Below are positions 26,973-37,300 of a stretch of DNA of 61,970 nt, piece after piece (the first letter of the stretch is position 1; each line of letters starts with the position of its first letter). The stretch comes from an uncultured Clostridia bacterium. Its GTDB lineage: Bacteria > Bacillota > Clostridia > Christensenellales > UBA1242. Position numbers and translations under genes: made by a program. The stretch covers positions 1 to 61,970 of the forward strand of contig CALVMX010000003.1 of NCBI GenBank assembly GCA_944349415.1, given 5' to 3'. The notes beneath the pieces are model-generated. The model saw only the letters and a program-made list of their open reading frames with translations, did not search any database and was not told the DNA's origin.

Positions 26973-28457
26973 ATGAGTAATAATGAAAAAACACAAAATA
27001 ATGCACAAAATTTGCAAAAAAATGCTAATTTAAATGCAAAAAATAGCAATTATGTTGAACAAATTCAACAAGAAAGTAGACAGCAAAGAAGAAACAGAGA
27101 ACGTTTAGAAAGAAAAAACAAAGCTAAAATAAAAAAATATAAAAGTGCAGTAATAGGTCTCACTGTCGCAGTTAGTATCTTGGCAGTAACAACAGCGGGA
27201 CTTGGAATTGCCTATGGAGTTACTCAATCACAGGCAAATACATATGGCACTCAACTTGAAAGTGTGTATCAACAAAATTATTATGACTTAGTTGACAATG
27301 TAAACAATGCAGATATGGAGATAAGTAAACTTGTCAATTCAGACGATACAATATATCAAAAGAAGCTACTTCTCGAAATTGCAGATGCAGCAAAAAGTAT
27401 GCAAAACAATATGTCCATGCTTCCTCTTACTGGTGAAAATGTGCTAGACAGTGTAAGATTTGTAAATCAACTTTCTGGTTACACTCAGACATTGGAAGAA
27501 AAAGTGGCAAATGGAGGAACTCTTTCAGATGAAGATGTAGAAACTTTAAAAGAACTTCATGAAACACTTATAAGTATGAAACAAAATCTAAACAGAATGT
27601 CAGAAAATATGCGCGACGGTTATAGCATTCTACTTTCTAGCAACGAAGCAAATGGAGAACTCAACACCTTTACAGTTGATTTTAACCAAATAAAAGCTAT
27701 GGATGTAGATTATCCATCTATGATTTATGACGGACCATTTTCAGATTCTGTTGTAAATTCAAAAATCAAAGGAGTTAGCGGTAGCGAGGTATCTAAAGAA
27801 GATGCTGTCAAAGAAATTGAAGAAGTTTTTAAAGATGTAAGTTCGATAAATTACGAAGGTGAGACAAATGGGAACTTTAAGACTTATAACTATTCTCTTA
27901 TGACTACCGATTCACAAGACCTTTATGTCCAAGTTTTAAAACAAGGTGGGCACATTTTAACGGTAAGCGGACAAAATCTTTCTGATGTAAAAAATATTGA
28001 TATGGAAAATGGCGCTAAAATTGCTCTAGATTTTGCCAAAAGAAATGGCATAGAAAATGCAGAAATAGTTTGGCAAGAAGAATTAAATAATCAAGCCTAT
28101 TTCAACATAGCTCCAGTGGTTGACAATGTTATAATTTATCCAGAACTTGTGAAAGTTAAAGTGGACATGGAATATGGAAATGTCATTGGCTATGATGCTA
28201 TCACGTATTTTACAAATCACACATCTCGCGACCTTAGCGGTGCTAGTGATTTGAATGTTACTCTTCCGTCTGGTTTTACTTTAAAAGAAAAACGTCTAGT
28301 GCTTGCTCCACTTGATTACAATAGAGAAGTTTTGTGTTATGAGTATAGGGCAGAAAAAGAAGGAATAACATATTATTTCTACTTCAATGCTAAGACTGGA
28401 AAAGAAGAAAATATTTTGAAGGTTGTGGAAACCAACGATAGTTCTAAATTAATGTAG
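26973..28457 (+). CDS. ypeB: Germination protein YpeB (PepSY)
   Basis: One TM, LESVYQQNYYDL, YPSMIYDGPFSD; follows sleB. Confidence 0.93.
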   Translation: MSNNEKTQNNAQNLQKNANLNAKNSNYVEQIQQESRQQRRNRERLERKNKAKIKKYKSAVIGLTVAVSILAVTTAGLGIAYGVTQSQANTYGTQLESVYQQNYYDLVDNVNNADMEISKLVNSDDTIYQKKLLLEIADAAKSMQNNMSMLPLTGENVLDSVRFVNQLSGYTQTLEEKVANGGTLSDEDVETLKELHETLISMKQNLNRMSENMRDGYSILLSSNEANGELNTFTVDFNQIKAMDVDYPSMIYDGPFSDSVVNSKIKGVSGSEVSKEDAVKEIEEVFKDVSSINYEGETNGNFKTYNYSLMTTDSQDLYVQVLKQGGHILTVSGQNLSDVKNIDMENGAKIALDFAKRNGIENAEIVWQEELNNQAYFNIAPVVDNVIIYPELVKVKVDMEYGNVIGYDAITYFTNHTSRDLSGASDLNVTLPSGFTLKEKRLVLAPLDYNREVLCYEYRAEKEGITYYFYFNAKTGKEENILKVVETNDSSKLM

Positions 28458-28473
28458 GCTTAAATGAAAAAAT

Positions 28474-28503
28474 AAAAAGTATGCAAAATTGCATACTTTT
28501 TTT
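28474..28503. terminator. Bidirectional terminator
   Basis: AAAAAGTATGCAA-AA-TTGCATACTTTTT. Confidence 0.8.
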
Positions 28504-28514
28504 GATATTCACAC

Positions 28515-28784
28515 TTAGTTTTGTTCACTTGCAAGTGCTTTTTCGTATTCAGCAAGGATCAATTCTTTCAAGTTTTCTCTAACTTCAGTTTTGATTGGAT
28601 GAACGATGTCTTTGAATTCGCCTTCAGTTGTTTTTCTTGATGGCATTGAAAGGAAATATCCATCCTTACCATTGATGACTTTGATGTCGTGAACAACAAG
28701 TTCGTCGTCGATTGTGATTGAGGCAACCGCTTTAAGTTTGTCATTGTTGTTTACAAGTCTTACTCTAATGTCTGTGATTTTCAA
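28515..28784 (-). CDS. spoVG: Septation regulator SpoVG
   Basis: MKITDIRVR..KAVASITIDD..VVHDIKVI..MPSRK..FKDIVHPI; TTG start. Confidence 0.97.
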   Translation of the reverse strand: MKITDIRVRLVNNNDKLKAVASITIDDELVVHDIKVINGKDGYFLSMPSRKTTEGEFKDIVHPIKTEVRENLKELILAEYEKALASEQN

Positions 28785-28906
28785 TTGCTTACACCTTCCT
28801 TTTTTAGATTAACCTTATTGGTCAAAATAATTATAGCATATTTAAATTTTTTTTCAAACGATTTTAAGGCATTAGCAAATATTTTTTTAAAATCATAAAA
28901 GAGTTT

Positions 28907-30307
28907 ATGAAATATTATTTAATAGGTATATGCGGAATATCTATGAGTGCTCTTGCGCTTTTTTTGAAGCGAGAAAGGAACTTAGTGTGTGGAAGCGACA
29001 GTAATCCTGAAAACCAAATTCTTTTAAAAAATGGAATTGAAATTTTTAAAGATAAAAATTTAGAAAAAGTGAAAGAATGTGATGTTGTTGCTTTTTCCTC
29101 TGCGATAAAAGAAGATAATGAGGATTTAAAGTATGCTAGAATTTTAGGTAAAAAAATTTTATCTCGTGGAGAACTTTTAGGACAAATTTCAAAAGAGTAT
29201 CAAAATGTCATTGCGATTGCAGGGTCACATGGAAAAACGACAACGACAGCTCTTATTTATAACATATTGAAAGTTGCAAACGAAGAGCCTTCTCTCCATT
29301 TAGGTGGAATTCTAAAAGAAGAGAACACTAATTTTGTCGTTGGTAAGAAAAAATATTTTGTAACTGAAGCGTGTGAGTATTGTGATAACTTTTTGTTTCT
29401 TAGTCCTAAAATTTCTGTTATCACAAATATAGAGCCTGAACACTTAGATTATTTTAAAACTTTTGAAAATCAACTAAAATCATTTGAGAAATTTAGGCAA
29501 AAGAGTGAATATGTGTTTGAAAAAAATAACGAATATTATGCAAAAAATATTCACTATAATAAAGAGGGAAAACTTTATTTTGATTTATATAAAAATTCTT
29601 TTTTTAAACAAAATTATAAAAAAATAAATAAAAATAGTAAAAAATGTAAAAAAAATATAAAAAAATCAAATTTTTTGCTAAAAAATTCAATTTTAAAAGC
29701 AATTTTTGAAAATAAAATTAAATTGAAAAAATATGAAAACGGTGTTAAAATTTGTAGTCTTTGTGTGAACATATGTGAAAAAGTCAATATAGATAATATC
29801 ATTATGGCTTATCGTGTCTGTAAATTTTTGAAAATACCAAAAAATAAAATTGTCGAGGGGATTGAAAGTTTTCAAGGAGTTAAACTAAGATTCGAAAGTG
29901 TGAGATCTAAGAAGTTCAAAAATGTTATTTTAGATTATGCACATCATCCAACTGAAATCAAAAACACAATTAATACGGCAAAAAAGGTTTTTAAAAACAA
30001 AAATATTATCTTCATTTTTCAGCCTCATACATATTCTAGAACAAAAAATCTTTTAAGTGAATTTATCGGTGTTTTTGAAAATGTTGAGAATCTTGTTTTA
30101 TTTAGAACGTATGAGGCTAGAGAAAAGGAAGAGGATGGAATAAGTGCAAAGAACTTAAGTTATTATTTAAAAAATAAGAATATATATTGTGACAATTTGA
30201 TAGAGCTTTTTGAAGTTTTGAAGAATTTAGATTGTGAAACAGTTTTGATATTTATAGGGGCGGGCGATTTACCTAATCTTTTATACAAAAAGAATTTTAT
30301 CTTTTAA
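28907..30307 (+). CDS. murC: UDP-N-acetylmuramate--L-alanine ligase with a K/N-rich insertion
   Basis: GICGISMSALA, AGSHGKTTTT, EACEY, DYAHHPTEI, FQPHTYSRT. Confidence 0.93.
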   Translation: MKYYLIGICGISMSALALFLKRERNLVCGSDSNPENQILLKNGIEIFKDKNLEKVKECDVVAFSSAIKEDNEDLKYARILGKKILSRGELLGQISKEYQNVIAIAGSHGKTTTTALIYNILKVANEEPSLHLGGILKEENTNFVVGKKKYFVTEACEYCDNFLFLSPKISVITNIEPEHLDYFKTFENQLKSFEKFRQKSEYVFEKNNEYYAKNIHYNKEGKLYFDLYKNSFFKQNYKKINKNSKKCKKNIKKSNFLLKNSILKAIFENKIKLKKYENGVKICSLCVNICEKVNIDNIIMAYRVCKFLKIPKNKIVEGIESFQGVKLRFESVRSKKFKNVILDYAHHPTEIKNTINTAKKVFKNKNIIFIFQPHTYSRTKNLLSEFIGVFENVENLVLFRTYEAREKEEDGISAKNLSYYLKNKNIYCDNLIELFEVLKNLDCETVLIFIGAGDLPNLLYKKNFIF

Positions 30308-30383
30308 TATGCTTTTATAAAAATTCTTATTAAAAACTCTCAACTTTAAAACATTGTATTAATTTTGGGCATAAAATGAGAAT

Positions 30384-31106
30384 ATGATATTTAACTATAA
30401 AGGTAGCAAAATATTTTATAGATTTATTAACAAAAAAACTGACGTGGTCAATGTTTATCTGCATGGCTGGGGTGCAGATTATAAATCTTTATATTTTTGT
30501 CAAGATTATTTAAGAAACTCTGCTCTTTTTGTGGATTTTCCGCCTTTTGGGAAGAGTGAAAAAAGGATTAAAGACTGGACAATATTTTCATATACAACTA
30601 TGGTAGTTTCATTATGTGAACATCTGAACATACATAAAGTTAATCTTATTGGACACTCTTTTGGTGGTCGCATTTCCATACTTTTTTCCTGTTTTTGTAA
30701 AACGCGAGTAAACCGACTGGTGCTGGTGGATAGTGCTGGGCTTAAGCCTAAGCGAAAACTTTCTTATTATATAAAAGTATCTAACTTTAAATTAAGAAGA
30801 AAACTTCATCTAGATACATCTAAATATGGAAGTTGTGACTATCTTGCGTTAGACAAGGATATGAGAAAAGTTTTTAATAATATTGTTAAAACAAATTTAG
30901 ATGATTTTTTAGAAAATATAGAAGCAAAGACACTTATTATCTTTGGAGAGAAGGATAATGTCACTCCTCTATATATGGCAAAGAAATTTAAAAAGAAGAT
31001 AAAAAATAGCAATTTGAAGATTATTCCAAATGGTTCACATTTTTGTTTTATAGATAATCGTTATCTATTTATTCGTTATTTAAAAGAGTTTTTGGAGGAG
31101 GTATAA
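30384..31106 (+). CDS. Alpha/beta hydrolase
   Basis: LHGWG, GHSFGG nucleophile elbow, GEKD, GSHF. Confidence 0.92.
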   Translation: MIFNYKGSKIFYRFINKKTDVVNVYLHGWGADYKSLYFCQDYLRNSALFVDFPPFGKSEKRIKDWTIFSYTTMVVSLCEHLNIHKVNLIGHSFGGRISILFSCFCKTRVNRLVLVDSAGLKPKRKLSYYIKVSNFKLRRKLHLDTSKYGSCDYLALDKDMRKVFNNIVKTNLDDFLENIEAKTLIIFGEKDNVTPLYMAKKFKKKIKNSNLKIIPNGSHFCFIDNRYLFIRYLKEFLEEV

Positions 31107-32518
31107 TGGCTTTTCTTTATGGATTAATTTATGCTATCGTTTTTATTTTGTTATCTTTACCGCTTTTTAAAGTTTATCAATTAGAGGGTTATAAAGTAAA
31201 AAACTTCATAAAAAAAATATCTCATTTCAACTTTGCTTTTGGCGACAAAAATAAAATCAATTTCACAAAAAGGCTAAAAAGATGTATTTTTTGTGATTTT
31301 TTAATAATTTTTATTGTTTTTTCGTTAATTTTTTACTTTTTAAATTATTTTTATGTATACATTATAATGATTTTTGCTGGAGCTATGATGCTACCTTGTT
31401 TTTTAATCATTTCTCATTTTTTATGTTTACCTATAGAAAAATTAATCACAAATTCTTATATTAAAAAAGCTAAGATTAAACTTCAAAACATGCCTTGTAA
31501 GAAAATCGCCATAACTGGAAGTTTTGGAAAAACATCCACAAAAAATATATTATTTCAAATTTTGTCGCAAAAATATAAAGTTTGTGCCACGCCAAAAAGT
31601 TATAATACGCCAATGGGAATTTGTAAAACAATTTTGGAAAATCTAACCGAAAAGGACGATTTCTTTATTGTGGAAATGGGAGCAAGACACGAAGGCGACA
31701 TCGCTTTTTTGTGTAAGTTAGTAGGTGCAGATTTTGGCATTTTGACACCAGTTGGAAATTGTCATATAGAGACTTTTAAAACGCTGGAAAATGTGGAAAG
31801 AACAAAATTTGAGATTTGCGAAAATGTCAAAAGTCTAATGATTATAAGTTCAAAAAGTGCATCGAATAGAAAGTTATATGAAAAATGTGAAAAGAAAAAG
31901 TATTTAATCTCTGACGAAAATTCTTTTGCATATGCTAACAACATTCATTTTAAAGATTTTAAAACGCATTTTGATTTACATATAGATGAAAAAGTTATCT
32001 CGGTTTCCACCAATTTACTAGGAAAAGTAAATGTAGACAATATTGTTCTAGCATCCGCTTTAGCATACCTACTTGGAGTGAATCTATTAGATATAAAAAA
32101 GGGAATTTCTGAACTTAAAAGTGTGCCACATAGAATGGAGCTTATCAAAGGTTTTGCCAACGTCATTGATGATTCCTATAATAGTAATTTTGTCGGCTTT
32201 AAAGAAGCTCTAAATACTATTGCGTCTTTTGAGGGGGATAAAATTTTAGTTACACCAGGAATGGTCGAATTGGGCGATAAACAATACGAAATGAATTTTA
32301 AAATAGGGCAAGAAATTTCTAAAGTGTGTGATTACGTAATTATTATGAACAAAACAAATAGTTCGGCGCTTACAGAAGGGCTTTTAAATAAAGGATTTAA
32401 TCGCAAAAATATTTTTTACGCGAGCACTCGCTTGGAACAAAAAGAAATTTTAAAGAAACTTGTGAAAAAAGGTGATATTGTCCTTTTTGAGAACGATTTA
32501 CCAGACAATTATAATTAA
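31106..32518 (+). CDS. murF: MurF-like ligase with N-terminal transmembrane segment
   Basis: ITGSFGKTSTK, SYNTPMG, EMGAR, DDSYNSN, TPGMVELG. Confidence 0.88.
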   Translation: MAFLYGLIYAIVFILLSLPLFKVYQLEGYKVKNFIKKISHFNFAFGDKNKINFTKRLKRCIFCDFLIIFIVFSLIFYFLNYFYVYIIMIFAGAMMLPCFLIISHFLCLPIEKLITNSYIKKAKIKLQNMPCKKIAITGSFGKTSTKNILFQILSQKYKVCATPKSYNTPMGICKTILENLTEKDDFFIVEMGARHEGDIAFLCKLVGADFGILTPVGNCHIETFKTLENVERTKFEICENVKSLMIISSKSASNRKLYEKCEKKKYLISDENSFAYANNIHFKDFKTHFDLHIDEKVISVSTNLLGKVNVDNIVLASALAYLLGVNLLDIKKGISELKSVPHRMELIKGFANVIDDSYNSNFVGFKEALNTIASFEGDKILVTPGMVELGDKQYEMNFKIGQEISKVCDYVIIMNKTNSSALTEGLLNKGFNRKNIFYASTRLEQKEILKKLVKKGDIVLFENDLPDNYN

Positions 32519-32564
32519 TCAACAAATATTTTTTAAATTCATATAAAAATTGAGAGGTCGGTTT

Positions 32565-33692
32565 ATGAAAAAAAATGTTTTAGTGTTATTTGGTGGAAAA
32601 AGTGTAGAGCATGATATTTCCATTATTACCGCTCTGCAAGTTTTAAAAAATATAGACAAAGCGGTTTATAATGTGATACCTATCTACATTGAGAGAAATG
32701 GAGTTATGTGCACATGCGAAAATATTGAAGAGCCATCTATTTATATGGACTTTGAAAAACGGGCCAAAAAAATTAAGTATTCAACTTTTATTTCTGGAAA
32801 ACCGTATATAGCATATCGAAAAAATGGAAAGTATTCCAAATTTCAAGTTGTGGATTTTGCTTTGCTATGCCTGCACGGACGTTTTGGAGAGGATGGAGCT
32901 TTGCAAGGGATTTTAGAGTGTTCGCATATTCCGTATTCTAGTTGCAACGTTCGTTCCAGTGCGCTTACAATGGATAAAATTTTCACAAAAGATATTTTAA
33001 TTTCAAGAAATTTGCCTTCTCTTCCGTCTGCTATTGTTCTTTATGAAGATTATAAAAGCGATAAAGAAAAGGTAATAAAGAATGTTTGCGGAAAACTTAA
33101 ATTTCCTATAATCTTGAAGCCGTCAAATTTGGGAAGTTCAATAGGAATCAAGGTTTGTAGGACTAGAGAGGAATTGCAAGAAGGAATTGAATTCTGTGCT
33201 AAGTTTGACAAAAGAATCTTGGCGGAAAAATACTTAGAAGATTTTGTGGAATATAACTGTGCATGTGTTCATATCAACAACGAAGTGAAAACGTCTCAAG
33301 TTTCCATGATGAAAAAAGAAGGAGAAATATTTTCTTTTGAAGATAAATATTTGGAAGAGAAAACAGAAAGCGGAGAAAAAGTTGATAAAGGAATGCTTTT
33401 AAAAATAAAAAGCTTAACCGAAAAAGTTTATAACGCCTTTGATTGCTATGGTGTTGTGAGGGTGGATTTTATTTATGATAAGCGAGCAAAAAAAATATAT
33501 ATAAATGAATTAAACAGTATTCCGGGCTCACTTGCTTTTTATCTTTTTAAAGATTTGTCCTTTAAAGATTTGATAACTTGTCTAATTGAAGAAGGCTCTG
33601 AAAGATTACTTAAAGAACAATATATTTCAGCTTATGACAGCGAAGCCTTGGAAGTTTTTGAAAAATTAGATTTTACAAAAAAGAAAAAATAA
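32565..33692 (+). CDS. ddl: D-alanine--D-alanine ligase
   Basis: FGGKSVEHDISI, LHGRFGEDG, GSSIG, FEDKY, NELNSIPG; start moved to ATG 32565. Confidence 0.95.
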   Translation: MKKNVLVLFGGKSVEHDISIITALQVLKNIDKAVYNVIPIYIERNGVMCTCENIEEPSIYMDFEKRAKKIKYSTFISGKPYIAYRKNGKYSKFQVVDFALLCLHGRFGEDGALQGILECSHIPYSSCNVRSSALTMDKIFTKDILISRNLPSLPSAIVLYEDYKSDKEKVIKNVCGKLKFPIILKPSNLGSSIGIKVCRTREELQEGIEFCAKFDKRILAEKYLEDFVEYNCACVHINNEVKTSQVSMMKKEGEIFSFEDKYLEEKTESGEKVDKGMLLKIKSLTEKVYNAFDCYGVVRVDFIYDKRAKKIYINELNSIPGSLAFYLFKDLSFKDLITCLIEEGSERLLKEQYISAYDSEALEVFEKLDFTKKKK

Positions 33693-33796
33693 TATAAAAA
33701 TCTAGTTAAAAATCAATAAAAAAATAAAAAAAATCGCAATTTTAAGCGATTTTTCTGTTTTTTTACTTTTTCGTTTTAATTTTTTTATTTTTCTAG

Positions 33797-34747
33797 TTAT
33801 TTGTTTATAAATTCCCACAGCATAGAATTTTCTGGAATTACAGATTTATCCAATTTTTCAGATGCATCTAAAGGTTTTAATAGGCGATAAATTTCTTTTG
33901 AGCCCTCAGTTTGCGTGAGAAGTGGTTTTAAATATTTTGCATAAAGCATTAGTTCATATCTATGTGTGGAGTTTATAATGTAATCTACAGTTTCCTTATA
34001 TGGATGAATATATAAATTTTCACTTATTATTGTATGATCCCAAGTTTGAAGTGTCTGCTCAATACTGGCACCGCGATTATAATAATCTCTAAGACATCTA
34101 CGCATAAGACGAAGTTCTTTGGCTTCCAAAACGATTTTATTTTTCAGATAAAAATTGACATTTGGAGAAATATAAATTTTATATGTGGCGCTTTTATTTT
34201 CCTTCATGTTCATTAAATTAGGATTAAGCGCGTGGAGTCCTTCCACTATCAAAACTGTGTTTTTGTTGATTTTCACATTTTGCGTATAATCTTCCGGCCT
34301 ATTTTTGACAAAATTATATATCGGCATTTCTGCTTCGCCTTTTACTCTTAAATCTTTCAAGAAAGAATTAAAATTTTTAACGTCAATTGTGGCAAAACTA
34401 TCATAATCAAGAGAGCCGTCTGATAAAACAGCCCTTTCGCTTAAAGGAACGAGAAAGTTATCCAAAGAAATGGTCACAGAATTATATCCAAAGTCGCTGA
34501 GCTTTTCTTTGATGATCTTAGAAGTTGTCGTTTTTCCAGCCGATGTTGGACCGCAAAGTAAAATTATTTTTTTATTTGGATAAGATAAAAAATCAATGAC
34601 AAGTTCGCTTACTTGGCTGTGATATTTTTCTTCTTCAAATTTAATCAGCGAATCTCTATCATTTAAAACTATTTCATTAAGTTTTTCAATGGACACCTTA
34701 TCTTTTAAAAGCAATGCGGGATTATTTATAAATTCAATTCTCTTCAT
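33797..34747 (-). CDS. Uridine/nucleoside kinase family P-loop protein
   Basis: CGPTSAGKTTT, SLDNF, EGLHALN, RLMRRCLRD; start moved to ATG 34747. Confidence 0.85.
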   Translation of the reverse strand: MKRIEFINNPALLLKDKVSIEKLNEIVLNDRDSLIKFEEEKYHSQVSELVIDFLSYPNKKIILLCGPTSAGKTTTSKIIKEKLSDFGYNSVTISLDNFLVPLSERAVLSDGSLDYDSFATIDVKNFNSFLKDLRVKGEAEMPIYNFVKNRPEDYTQNVKINKNTVLIVEGLHALNPNLMNMKENKSATYKIYISPNVNFYLKNKIVLEAKELRLMRRCLRDYYNRGASIEQTLQTWDHTIISENLYIHPYKETVDYIINSTHRYELMLYAKYLKPLLTQTEGSKEIYRLLKPLDASEKLDKSVIPENSMLWEFINK

Positions 34748-34880
34748 ACTTCTTCCTTTACTTATAAATAATAGCACAACCAATTTACTTTCTCAAAATT
34801 ATTTTGTCATTTTTTATCTTTTTTTGTCTTGGCAACAAAAAATATAAATTGGCATATTAAAATATAGAAAAGGGGTGATT

Positions 34881-36341
34881 ATGAAAGCAAGTAAACTTTT
34901 AAACGAAATCAAAGTTTTAAATAATTTTGATCAAAATATAGATTTTAATGAAATTAAAAAAAATAGCAAAGAAGTAAAGACGGGAGACGCCTTTTTTGAC
35001 TTATCCTCTTCTTATGAAAAAGGATTAGATAATGCTAAAGAAGCACTTTCTAGTGGAGCATCTTTAATTGTAAGTGAAAATCGCTTGCCAGTTGAAAATC
35101 TTTGTCTTGTCGAGGACGCTCACTCGGCTTTTAGCACGGCTTGTGCTAATTTTTATGATAATCCAGCCAAAAAAATGAAACTTATTGGCGTTACTGGCAC
35201 AAATGGCAAGACCACATGCACGCACTTAATTTCAGAAGCTTTAAAAAGTTTAGGGAAAAGTGTAGGAACGGTTGGCACTATGGGTGTTAAATATAACGGT
35301 AAAGTTTTGGACTATTCCATGACAACTCCTGATGCCGACATCTTGCAAAAATCTTTTTATGATATGCAAAAAGACGGCGTTGAATATGTTGTCATGGAAG
35401 TTTCTGCGCATGCGATAGCTCAAAAGAGAATTGAGGGGCTTAAATTTGATATTGGTATTTTAACGAATATTACGCAGGATCATTTAGATTATTTTGGAAA
35501 CATGGAAAATTATCGAGACTGTAAATTGTCTTTTTTTACTGATAAGTATGTTAAAAGTGCCGTTCTTTGTGTCGATGATAAAAGCGTTTGCGATTTTTTA
35601 GAAAAAATTAAAATACCTTTTATAACTTATGGACTTTATAATCCCGCTGATGTGTTTGCAATCGGAATTAAGAGTAGGCTAGACGGAATGAAATTTTACA
35701 GCAATGTTTTTGATGATGTCTACAAAGTTGAAACTAACCTTGTTGGCGGATACAATATTTTAAATATTTTAGCAAGTTTATCGACAATTGCAAGCTTAGG
35801 ACTAGATGTGGGTAAAGCTGTGGAAAGTTTAAAATATATTCATCCTGTTGAAGGGCGCTTCAATGTTATTAAATATAAAGGGAAATATATAATAATTGAT
35901 TTCGCACACACGCCAGATGGCCTTTTAAATGTTTTAAGCACAGCAAAACAAATCTGCAAGGGAAAACTTTACTGCGTATTTGGTTGTGGAGGAAATAGAG
36001 ACAGCGACAAACGATCTAAAATGGGAGCAATAGCTGAAAACTTGTGTGACTATGTATGTTTAACAAACGATAATCCGCGGAAAGAAGATCCAGCAAAAAT
36101 TGTGGAAGATATTGAAAAAGGTATGAAAAAATCGCATTTTGTGGAACTTGATAGACAAACTGCCATTTCAAAAATGATAAACCTATCTAAAGAAGACGAT
36201 GTTATTGTCATTGCTGGCAAAGGCGGAGAAAAATATCAAATCGTTGGCGACCAGAAACTAGATTATAATGATTTTGATGCTGTCTATAAAGTTATAAATG
36301 GAGATTTGAAAAAAGAGGTAAAGGAAAAATATGGTAATTAA
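34881..36341 (+). CDS. murE: MurE ligase, meso-DAP type
   Basis: GVTGTNGKTT, TTPD, MEVSAH, DFAHTPDG, DNPR. Confidence 0.96.
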   Translation: MKASKLLNEIKVLNNFDQNIDFNEIKKNSKEVKTGDAFFDLSSSYEKGLDNAKEALSSGASLIVSENRLPVENLCLVEDAHSAFSTACANFYDNPAKKMKLIGVTGTNGKTTCTHLISEALKSLGKSVGTVGTMGVKYNGKVLDYSMTTPDADILQKSFYDMQKDGVEYVVMEVSAHAIAQKRIEGLKFDIGILTNITQDHLDYFGNMENYRDCKLSFFTDKYVKSAVLCVDDKSVCDFLEKIKIPFITYGLYNPADVFAIGIKSRLDGMKFYSNVFDDVYKVETNLVGGYNILNILASLSTIASLGLDVGKAVESLKYIHPVEGRFNVIKYKGKYIIIDFAHTPDGLLNVLSTAKQICKGKLYCVFGCGGNRDSDKRSKMGAIAENLCDYVCLTNDNPRKEDPAKIVEDIEKGMKKSHFVELDRQTAISKMINLSKEDDVIVIAGKGGEKYQIVGDQKLDYNDFDAVYKVINGDLKKEVKEKYGN

Positions 36342-37290
36342 GTATATTTTAAGTGGACTTGTTGCCTTCTTATTTTCTTGCCTTATTGCGCCTTTTATAA
36401 TTTCTATGTGCAAAAAGTTTAAAGCTTCTCAAAGCATTTTGCACTATGTGGACAAGCATAAGGCAAAAGAAGGCACTCCTACAATGGGTGGAATTATTTT
36501 CTTGCTTAGTCTACTCATAGGGCTATGTTTTCTTCTTCCAGAAAGTCGGTTTACGAGTTTGTTTTTAATTATTGTTACGTTTGGATATGCTCTTTTAGGC
36601 TTTTTAGACGATTTTATCAAAGTGCATTATCATCACAATGAAGGCTTGAAGCCATATCAAAAAATTATAGGACAATTTGGACTAGCCTTAATTGTCGCTC
36701 TTTATATATACTTTTCAGGGCGGATAAGCCTTAACTTTTTTGGGCTCACGTTTGATATTGGCTTTTTCATTATTCCACTTGTTATTCTTGTTCTTTTGGC
36801 AACCACCAACAGCGTAAATTTAACTGACGGACTCGATGGACTTGCTGGAAGCGTAAGTTTTGTTTATCTTTTGATTTTCGGGATAATTTTAACCTTGTTT
36901 GATGCCACTGAGATGAGTAACCTCGCAATTATAACGTTTTCGCTTTGTGGGGGACTTTTAGGATTTTTATGCTTCAATGTCTATCCAGCCAAAATTTTTA
37001 TGGGAGACACTGGCTCGCTCGCACTTGGTGGATTTATAGGAACGGTTGCCGTTCTATCTTCCTTGGAACTTATCTTGCCAATTATGGGAATAATGTTTGT
37101 TCTTTCTGCTGTTTCGGACATTCTGCAAGTTGCTTACTACAAAAGAACGCATAAACGGATATTTCTTATGGCGCCACTTCATCATCATTTTGAACAAAAA
37201 GGTGTGCATGAAAATAGAATCGTTTTTGCATATTCTATGATAACTTTGGTTATGTCACTCATATCGCTTTGCATATATTTAATATTGTAA
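36331..37290 (+). CDS. mraY: Phospho-N-acetylmuramoyl-pentapeptide transferase
   Basis: GTPTMGG, LDDF, NLTDGLDGL, FMGDTGS, MAPLHHHFE. Confidence 0.98.
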   Translation: MVIKYILSGLVAFLFSCLIAPFIISMCKKFKASQSILHYVDKHKAKEGTPTMGGIIFLLSLLIGLCFLLPESRFTSLFLIIVTFGYALLGFLDDFIKVHYHHNEGLKPYQKIIGQFGLALIVALYIYFSGRISLNFFGLTFDIGFFIIPLVILVLLATTNSVNLTDGLDGLAGSVSFVYLLIFGIILTLFDATEMSNLAIITFSLCGGLLGFLCFNVYPAKIFMGDTGSLALGGFIGTVAVLSSLELILPIMGIMFVLSAVSDILQVAYYKRTHKRIFLMAPLHHHFEQKGVHENRIVFAYSMITLVMSLISLCIYLIL

Positions 37291-37300
37291 GGCGGAGAGT

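Noticed and set aside
32565-33692. Van-type D-Ala-D-Lac ligase
   Set aside because: The omega loop keeps KY (FEDKY), the Tyr typical of D-Ala-D-Ala ligases, and there are no vanH/X/R/S neighbours.
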